The translations under genes and the position numbers were made by a program. 35,851 nt of DNA, taken from a virus. How positions within the stretch are numbered: the first letter of the stretch is position 1; the number at the start of each line of letters is the position of its first letter. The notes under the pieces were generated by a model. That model had not been told where the DNA came from and made no database searches. It saw only the letters and a program-made list of their open reading frames with translations. Shown piece after piece: positions 1 to 5,842 of this stretch. The stretch lies in the UHGV virus genome UHGV-0135983. One strand, 5' to 3'.

Positions 1-125
1 TCATTTAGCCGGCACGGCCGGTTCATCAAATCCGGGGATGGCGTTGGCCGCGTCGATTGCTCGTTGGCGCAACTGCACAGCATCACTATCAAACTTGCAC
101 ACAGTACGATTCGGGTCATTGACAT
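1..125 (-). CDS. Rz1: o-spanin (Rz1-like outer-membrane lipoprotein), embedded out of frame in Rz; 3' end runs off the window
   Basis: My own translation from the ATG at 125 gives MSMTRIVLCASLIVMLCSCANEQSTRPTPSPDLMNRPCRLN... This has a signal peptide, an L-C-S-C lipobox-like motif and a Pro-rich mature part. It is not in the ORF track because it is under 60 aa and truncated. Confidence 0.55.
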   Translation of the reverse strand, partial: MSMTRIVLCASLIVMLCSCANEQSTRPTPSPDLMNRPCRLN

Positions 126-378
126 ATTTCACCACATCACGATAAACAGTACGGTAAATCACTTTGGCTTCAGCATTCGCCGTCGCCGCCTTCTGCTCGC
201 CTTCTGCTACCGCTTTTTCCTGTTTTGGCAGTCTGGCTTTAGCCTGGCTGTTCACTTGCTCAGAATGCGCGTACCAGCCTTTCAGATACCCCGCCCAGAA
301 AATACCAGCGGCCACCGCCAGCACTCCCCCAACGATCATCATTTTGGTTTTGCCGTTCACTCGTACAGCCCCCAGCAC
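1..378 (-). CDS. Rz: i-spanin (Rz-like)
   Basis: It has an N-terminal TM segment (MMIVGGVLAVAAGIFWAGYL) followed by a charged coiled-coil, and it directly follows the endolysin. The start is GTG at 378 or ATGATG at 342. Confidence 0.7.
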   Translation of the reverse strand: MLGAVRVNGKTKMMIVGGVLAVAAGIFWAGYLKGWYAHSEQVNSQAKARLPKQEKAVAEGEQKAATANAEAKVIYRTVYRDVVKYVNDPNRTVCKFDSDAVQLRQRAIDAANAIPGFDEPAVPAK

Positions 379-893
379 GTTAGCGCACTTTCCTGCTCCC
401 GGCGGTCAACCTGCCCGTAACAGCCGTTTTTCTGTCCTTTGGTCAGTCGGCAATCCCGTCCACCATCGAAAACCCAGCGCCGGATCTCCGCGCACGCCCC
501 TTTGCGGTCGCCGGCATTGAGTTTGCGGTAGAACGTCGAGGGGAAGCATTTACCCGGACCGATGTTGTAGGGGCAGAAGCTGGCGATCCCGACCTTCTGC
601 GGCGGCGTCAGCGGAACGTGCACATTCTTTTCAACCCATGCCAGCGCCTTATCGCGCTCGATGGCGTTAACTTTCTTGCACTGAGCCTCGGTTGCTCTTT
701 GACCCTTAATGACACGCTTGCCATCTATAACGGTTACTCCGTGGCACAACGACCACACACCGCCGGGGTCAACAACGGCCACCAGCGCGTTACCTTCTTT
801 TTCGCTGATAAACTGATCGAACAGCACCGGCGCAGATGCACCGGCGGCCAGAAGCGCCAACATTGCGGCGCTGAACTTAGCTTTGTTGCTCAT
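357..893 (-). CDS. SAR endolysin (phage 21 R-like lysozyme)
   Basis: The ATG at 893 gives [25 protein letters not shown], a Gly/Ala-rich signal-anchor-release segment. It is followed by E-x8-D-x5-S in [16 protein letters not shown], matching the E-8-D-5-T catalytic pattern. It overlaps the holin 3' end. Confidence 0.88.
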   Translation of the reverse strand: MSNKAKFSAAMLALLAAGASAPVLFDQFISEKEGNALVAVVDPGGVWSLCHGVTVIDGKRVIKGQRATEAQCKKVNAIERDKALAWVEKNVHVPLTPPQKVGIASFCPYNIGPGKCFPSTFYRKLNAGDRKGACAEIRRWVFDGGRDCRLTKGQKNGCYGQVDRREQESALTCWGLYE

Positions 894-1107
894 AGTCCTG
901 TGCCTTCCGCCGGTCGTCTTTAATTTTGAAATACAGATTAGTGAGGTAGGTAAGCAACCCGAAAACAATACTTGCCAGAACGCCTATAGCCGCCCACTGG
1001 CTGGGGCTTACCTTGTCGAGAAGTTGCAGCAGCCAGAAGCTGCCGCTTACTGTGGATGTGATGTACGACGTTCCCGCCGCCACATCCGGTAGATTCTTCA
1101 TTCGCAT
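877..1107 (-). CDS. Pinholin (S21-like class II holin) with dual-start motif
   Basis: [44 protein letters not shown] closely resembles my recollection of the S21 sequence. MRMK provides two Met starts separated by Arg, the holin/antiholin arrangement. Confidence 0.85.
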   Translation of the reverse strand: MRMKNLPDVAAGTSYITSTVSGSFWLLQLLDKVSPSQWAAIGVLASIVFGLLTYLTNLYFKIKDDRRKAQDYEQQS

Positions 1108-1153
1108 GCCTTACCCCTCGGGGGTTCACTGTGTAGTGAAGCGAGGGTAAGGC
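1108..1153 (-). promoter_or_regulatory. 18-bp interrupted hairpin (6+6+6 bp) whose 3' arm covers the holin SD and abuts the ATG
   Basis: Pairings are 1108-1113/1148-1153, 1115-1120/1142-1147 and 1125-1130/1135-1140, with loop GTGT. All were checked base by base. Confidence 0.5.
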
Positions 1154-1177
1154 GTTAACCAGGTCGGAATCCTGACT
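1144..1177 (-). promoter_or_regulatory. Late-promoter candidate e (dyad + N12 + TACCCT) upstream of the lysis cassette
   Basis: Minus strand reads AGTCAGGATTCCGACC-N12-TACCCT, ending 37 nt upstream of the holin ATG. Confidence 0.5.
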
Positions 1178-1183
1178 AAATAT

Positions 1184-3304
1184 TTAAGCGTTGAAACCAC
1201 CGACTCGAACTTTTAGCGTAGAGAGGTCAACATTAGCAGTTATGTTTAATACACCACTCCCCGCTGAAATAGAGAATAAGCGCCGTCCGCCTGACGTTCC
1301 GCCCCCCGCCGGTGGAGTGGTATCGAGTTCACCTGTGATCGATATTGAAATGGTACCCTCACGGTTAGCAACGAGTAGCTCTAAACATTCAGCCCAGGTG
1401 AATTGTGCTGACGACCATGCGTCAATAAAAATACGCTGAGTAGTTCGGTTTGGAATTGTGATGGATTTCACTTCCCCTGTATTTACCAGCCCCTGAAAAC
1501 GGGTTCCGTAATCTATCCAGCTGATACTGTACCCTGGCGACCCCGTTGTGGGATTTTGAGATGTATACCAGGTCTGAGTCCGCACTCCTGTATGACTGAT
1601 TGACTGGAGAGGTCGAGCAAACTGATCGCGGTGGATGTATGCATTCGCCCGTATACCATTACTTTGCAGATCTATATCTGCTGTTCGGGGGTTAGGATAT
1701 AAACCAGATCCCCCCACATCAAACATCGCATAATGATTTGCTACGGCGGGTATCCAGCCATTTCTGTCGAGGTTCCTGAAAAAATCTTCAAAGGCAAGCC
1801 AGTACGATTGCTGATGCCCAAACAAATTGGGGTGAACAGTCTGTATTTCCGGCGTCCGATTGAATAATGCCGTTTCGCCATATTTAGCTACAGCATCAAA
1901 CCAGTATTTTTCAACATCAATCAGCACACAGCCCATTTCTACCGCGATTTGCCTGATGGCATCGTTTCCACGCAGGAAGCGAACACCTGCCTGTATGTTT
2001 ACACCATTCCATTCAAACGTGACGTTTGACTCTGCCGCTGAAGGGATAATGTCCTCATCGGAAACAGGAAGTGGAGAAAATGATGGCCACACCTGATTAA
2101 CAGACGGCGGCATGCTCCAGCTGTACTCAGCTATATTTGGATGCGGTGTGGTTGTCAAAACAACATCACCGCCAGCCTCCCTGACTAAATTAATCGCGGC
2201 TCTAAGACGCTGCTTAAATCCATTTTCATTGAACGTTTGCCCGGCATTATAGTTTGCCGTTGGGAAATCATTCATACCATAGACAAAGAGCGCGATATCA
2301 GGATATACACCTTCTGCGACGACGCCAGACCACTGATTTACAATGAAGTTATTTATCGACGAACCATTAGCCCCCCTGTTTTCGAAAGTAAGAGGATAAA
2401 TTCCTTGTTTGTTAAGAGTTTTATTTAAGTATTCGAAAAACTTAGCGATAGGGGCTTGCGTTGCAGGATCTGGAAGTGTTGCACCCACTTGCACTGAACT
2501 ACCGAAACCGTAAGCTCTGAACAAATCCTGATAGCCGGTAACGCCATGCCGATAAGCTGTTAATTTATTAATAAACTTTGGAAACAGAGCCTGTGATGAG
2601 CCAGACGCAGCACGAATAGATGCCTCTACCGTTCTTCCTGTTTCAGTAGCAACTAAGCCAGCACCGTCCTTCGAAGCCAGCTTAATAGCCAGATCTGCAG
2701 TTTGAGTCTGTCCGGCGATCGGTACCGGGTTTCCCTGGTCATTAAATCCCAGAAGCATATTTGAACGCGGAGCCACCGGATAAAGCATGCCTACCTGATT
2801 TTCAGGAACGCGTAACGTACGGGAAAAGTTTACCTGTTCAGTTTGGATAACGTATTTTTTTGTAGCGGCGTCCTGATTATCAACAGGGTCCAGTAAATTG
2901 CTAATTCTGTATCCCTGAGCATTAAACGGCCCACCGGACAGCGGGCGAGTTATTGCCAGTCCGAGTTCGAGGAATGCCCGTTGGATAGCCATCCAGATAC
3001 GGTCAAAGTCCTTATTAATAGTATCCGCCAGTAAGTCCCCGTTATCCTGATAATCCGTTAACCGGAACGTCGGAACAACACGCTGTAACATAACGACAGC
3101 GCCATTCGCCGGCGGCGTCAGAAAGGAGATATCACCACCATCTTTATTTCCAACCCCCGCGACGGAATACCCACTGGTAACAATATTTCCGTTTATGCTT
3201 ACCTGCAGATCGCTGGCACTAATGATATAGAACTGGTACGTAAAAACGGTTGTCAGGCCGTTAGCCGTATAGATGTTATAGGGTATCTGGTTCGGTACCG
3301 ACAT
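1184..3304 (-). CDS. Tail fibre/tailspike: T7 gp17-like N-terminal adaptor plus SGNH/GDSL-type esterase domain
   Basis: The ATG at 3304 follows a GGAG SD. The N-terminus MSVPNQIPYNIYTANGLTTVFTYQF...DNQDAATKKYV is typical of podovirus fibre adaptors. SGNH-like blocks are present: GFGSS, YGMNDF and VHPN. Confidence 0.8.
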   Translation of the reverse strand: MSVPNQIPYNIYTANGLTTVFTYQFYIISASDLQVSINGNIVTSGYSVAGVGNKDGGDISFLTPPANGAVVMLQRVVPTFRLTDYQDNGDLLADTINKDFDRIWMAIQRAFLELGLAITRPLSGGPFNAQGYRISNLLDPVDNQDAATKKYVIQTEQVNFSRTLRVPENQVGMLYPVAPRSNMLLGFNDQGNPVPIAGQTQTADLAIKLASKDGAGLVATETGRTVEASIRAASGSSQALFPKFINKLTAYRHGVTGYQDLFRAYGFGSSVQVGATLPDPATQAPIAKFFEYLNKTLNKQGIYPLTFENRGANGSSINNFIVNQWSGVVAEGVYPDIALFVYGMNDFPTANYNAGQTFNENGFKQRLRAAINLVREAGGDVVLTTTPHPNIAEYSWSMPPSVNQVWPSFSPLPVSDEDIIPSAAESNVTFEWNGVNIQAGVRFLRGNDAIRQIAVEMGCVLIDVEKYWFDAVAKYGETALFNRTPEIQTVHPNLFGHQQSYWLAFEDFFRNLDRNGWIPAVANHYAMFDVGGSGLYPNPRTADIDLQSNGIRANAYIHRDQFARPLQSISHTGVRTQTWYTSQNPTTGSPGYSISWIDYGTRFQGLVNTGEVKSITIPNRTTQRIFIDAWSSAQFTWAECLELLVANREGTISISITGELDTTPPAGGGTSGGRRLFSISAGSGVLNITANVDLSTLKVRVGGFNA

Positions 3305-3321
3305 ATGGGGAACTCCGGCGG

Positions 3322-4932
3322 CTAATAATCTACGGCGACCATGTGATCGCCATCGTTTGGTTGCCAATGTTCCCGCGCCTGTGCGGTCGGAATCCCGACC
3401 AATTTACCTATACGTACCGGAGTTGAGCTGATAGCACCGGAGCCGGAGTCGATAAAGTCATCGGGCTGATTAGTCAGCGCCGGGTTAAAGTCTCGCATCT
3501 GGTCGTACATTGGGCCGTCGAGCACGTCGGTGTGCGCCCAAAGGAACCGCGACGACAGCGGCGCTTCGAAGGCATCGAGGATGCGTTTCTGTTTATTGGT
3601 CACGCTGAATTCTTCCCGGACGCCGCAACCTGTACCCTTCAACGCCTGAATCAGCAATTTGCCGGCGAAGCTGCCCGGGCCGTTCACCTCGACGCAAATC
3701 AGGGGGATCTGATACTTCAACACCAGCTCTTTAATCTGCATCACCTGACCGCCGGTGATTTTGTCGTTGTCGTCAAATTCTGCCAGTTCGCCCGTAAGCC
3801 CCTGGCAAACATGCCAGTACAGATGCCCGCGCGCGTCGGTGAAAATCAGAGAGAACGCCGAGGCGTCGGCCTTAACTTTGCCGGTGGCCACATCCCACCA
3901 GGCGACAGCACCAACAATTTGCGTCTGGCCAAGCCACATCGAACAGGAGCGGTTCGCGTATCGGATTTCAGGCTGAACGTTGTATTCTCGGATACGGTCA
4001 GGATCAAGACGAACCTCGCCAACCGGTTTACTGTGCAGCTGGTACTGACTGTCCCATTCGTTAATTGTGCGAGTCTCGCGGCGGCGCTTTGTCATTTCCT
4101 CCGGAGTGAATCTTTCCGGCCATTCACAATCGGCGTAACAGTCAACCGTGGTACCGGGAGCCTCGGCAAACTCGATACCATCATCGTTAAGACGATAATC
4201 AACACCTTCAACGAGCAGTCGCGCGCCAATGTGAATACCGACGAAAACATATTCAGGCCGGAACGGTAACGAGTAACGGCTAGCGGTAGCCTGTTTTTCC
4301 TCGATGCGAAATTCTTTGCCGAATAGTTTGATGGTCAGACAGTCGGCGCCCATAGATTCAACCTCATCGTAAAGGCTATCGTGGGTATGCGGCGTGCCGA
4401 TAAACAGCTTTCGCCCGCCGGGGACAAGAATGTGTGTCTGTTCACCCAGACGATAACGCAGCTTTTCCCGCGCCTCCGGCGTCTGGATATTCCGGGGCAC
4501 TTCTACGTCATCGTTCTGACATTCATCGGCACGGGCCGAGGTGACGTTAGAGAGGATCCCCTTTGCGTACATGCTGCCGTTACGCATATCCAGCGAGCCG
4601 TTAACCCACCATTGCTCAACGGTTCCCTGTCCGTCGGGTAGCATACCTTTGGTCAGCGGATGATTGCGTAAAACGTTCTGCGTATCGCGGCTGGTTTTGT
4701 ACGCGGTGCCGTCAGCTTCAGACTGGTGAAGAATGCGGTACTGGCGGTTCTGGTAATATCGCCATGCGTTATACACCGCCAGAATGGTGGATTTTCCGAA
4801 GCCACGGAAACAGCGAAGCACCGCGAGATCCCCGCGGTGTTCCAGCCAGTGGCAGGCTCGATAATGGCAGTCGGGAACCTCCCACCCCATCCGCTCCGCC
4901 CATATGATGAAAAAGGCGACGAATGAAATCAT
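3322..4932 (-). CDS. Terminase large subunit
   Basis: Walker A-like motif CFRGFGKST is present. Size and position (after the small subunit, with an ATGA overlap at 4929-4932) fit. The C-terminal half looks nuclease-like. Confidence 0.85.
   Translation of the reverse strand: MISFVAFFIIWAERMGWEVPDCHYRACHWLEHRGDLAVLRCFRGFGKSTILAVYNAWRYYQNRQYRILHQSEADGTAYKTSRDTQNVLRNHPLTKGMLPDGQGTVEQWWVNGSLDMRNGSMYAKGILSNVTSARADECQNDDVEVPRNIQTPEAREKLRYRLGEQTHILVPGGRKLFIGTPHTHDSLYDEVESMGADCLTIKLFGKEFRIEEKQATASRYSLPFRPEYVFVGIHIGARLLVEGVDYRLNDDGIEFAEAPGTTVDCYADCEWPERFTPEEMTKRRRETRTINEWDSQYQLHSKPVGEVRLDPDRIREYNVQPEIRYANRSCSMWLGQTQIVGAVAWWDVATGKVKADASAFSLIFTDARGHLYWHVCQGLTGELAEFDDNDKITGGQVMQIKELVLKYQIPLICVEVNGPGSFAGKLLIQALKGTGCGVREEFSVTNKQKRILDAFEAPLSSRFLWAHTDVLDGPMYDQMRDFNPALTNQPDDFIDSGSGAISSTPVRIGKLVGIPTAQAREHWQPNDGDHMVAVDY
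3367..3400 (-). promoter_or_regulatory. Late-promoter candidate d, inside the terminase 3' coding region, upstream of the tail fibre
   Basis: Minus strand reads GGTCGGGATTCCGACC-N12-GAACAT, ending 63 nt upstream of the fibre ATG. Confidence 0.45.
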
Positions 4933-5270
4933 TTTTTCCGCTGTTGTATGCGTTCGATAACTTCCTGTGCTGCACGTTCAGCGGCAGATACCTGTTGGCC
5001 CAGGCGGAATGCTTCATCGTCCGGATCCTCGCCGGGTTTAGGCGTTCCCCCGCGCGTATGCATGCCAATCAGCGAATGGACTTTTACCAGCAGGGTTAGC
5101 GATGCGGCCGCATTCTTCTTATGCCAGTACCGATCGCCGCGTTCCTGTTTGGTGTGCTTTGTGACTTCCTTCCCTGCCCCCGGCCAGTTATCCGGATCGG
5201 CTTCTTCAAGAACTACATCGGTGAGCTTATCGCTAAGAGCGGTCAGGCGGGTTTTGTAATCTGAATGCAT
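4929..5270 (-). CDS. Putative terminase small subunit
   Basis: This is a 113-aa charged protein translationally coupled to the large terminase. The assignment rests on position only. Confidence 0.5.
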   Translation of the reverse strand: MHSDYKTRLTALSDKLTDVVLEEADPDNWPGAGKEVTKHTKQERGDRYWHKKNAAASLTLLVKVHSLIGMHTRGGTPKPGEDPDDEAFRLGQQVSAAERAAQEVIERIQQRKK

Positions 5271-5299
5271 AAAAAAGCCCCGTGGTTATCCATAGGGCT
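5271..5299 (-). terminator. Intrinsic terminator-like hairpin plus U6 immediately upstream of the small-terminase ATG
   Basis: Minus-strand RNA is AGCCCU (5299-5294), a 12-nt loop, GGGGCU (5281-5276), then UUUUU and AUG. The stem has 5 Watson-Crick pairs plus one G.U pair. Confidence 0.45.
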
Positions 5300-5333
5300 A
5301 TAATGTGCCGGGCTAGAGGTCGGAATCCTGACT
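5300..5333 (-). promoter_or_regulatory. Late-promoter candidate c upstream of the terminase genes
   Basis: Minus strand reads AGTCAGGATTCCGACC-N12-CATTAT, ending 30 nt upstream of the ATG at 5270. Confidence 0.5.
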
Positions 5334-5404
5334 ATTGCATATGCAGCGATGTACGTATAAAACTAGCCGACATTAATATAATCATTTTCATTCAGAGGCT
5401 CCCT

Positions 5405-5842
5405 GTGAAAACTTTATTCCCCTTAATACTGTTTATCGTAACTTCTACCGTTTGCGCCAAAGAAGTTAAATATGACTTTCCTCCAGATGGGGAAATGGCA
5501 AAATCACTCAAACCAGAAATTGTTGGCGTGGCTAATTATGAAATGGTCAATAGAAGCGTGCGCTTAAAAGCTTTAGATGTTGGTGAAAAAAATGTTTCTC
5601 TCCTGGTAGTCATAGGTGCTACCGACACCAGAAAACCCGTTACTCAAGCTAACATCCCTGACAAACAATCAATCTCATTAACTAAACAGCAAATTGTGAA
5701 CAAATATTGTGCACCATTCGGGTATGGCAATTGGTACTTTGATGCCTTCAAACAGCGGGGTGTAAAACTGCACTATTACTTTTACTCGGCAGTAGACACC
5801 CCGTTATTTACATTCACGGTAAATAAATCTGATTGCGATTAA
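5405..5842 (+). CDS. Secreted (periplasmic) moron protein of unknown function
   Basis: GTG at 5405 lies 6 nt after GAGG. The signal peptide is VKTLFPLILFIVTSTVCA|KE, and there are two Cys in the mature part. The gene is AT-rich, opposite in orientation to all neighbours, and its stop overlaps the convergent gene. A possible promoter is TTGCAT (5335) with TATAAA (5356). Confidence 0.6.
   Translation: MKTLFPLILFIVTSTVCAKEVKYDFPPDGEMAKSLKPEIVGVANYEMVNRSVRLKALDVGEKNVSLLVVIGATDTRKPVTQANIPDKQSISLTKQQIVNKYCAPFGYGNWYFDAFKQRGVKLHYYFYSAVDTPLFTFTVNKSDCD

Noticed and set aside
1184-3304. A diversity-generating retroelement (template/variable repeat pair) in the fibre gene, as in BPP-1-like phages.
   Set aside because: No reverse transcriptase gene is present in the window. 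I saw no near-duplicate of the fibre 3' end elsewhere.
3305-3367. N-terminal extensions proposed by the ORF track for the tail fibre (to 3367), capsid (to 16001), GNAT (to 12594), tail tubular B (to 14447), endolysin (to 968), the 28314-gene (to 28802) and the 30078-gene (to 30497).
   Set aside because: The extensions overlap upstream genes or promoters and are Arg/Pro-rich junk. In each case an internal ATG or GTG with a proper SD, often coupled to the upstream stop codon, fits much better.
4769-5068. 99-aa minus-strand ORF spanning the small/large terminase junction.
   Set aside because: It is out of frame with, and entirely overlapped by, the two coupled terminase genes. It is Arg/Gly/Ser-rich and has no SD.
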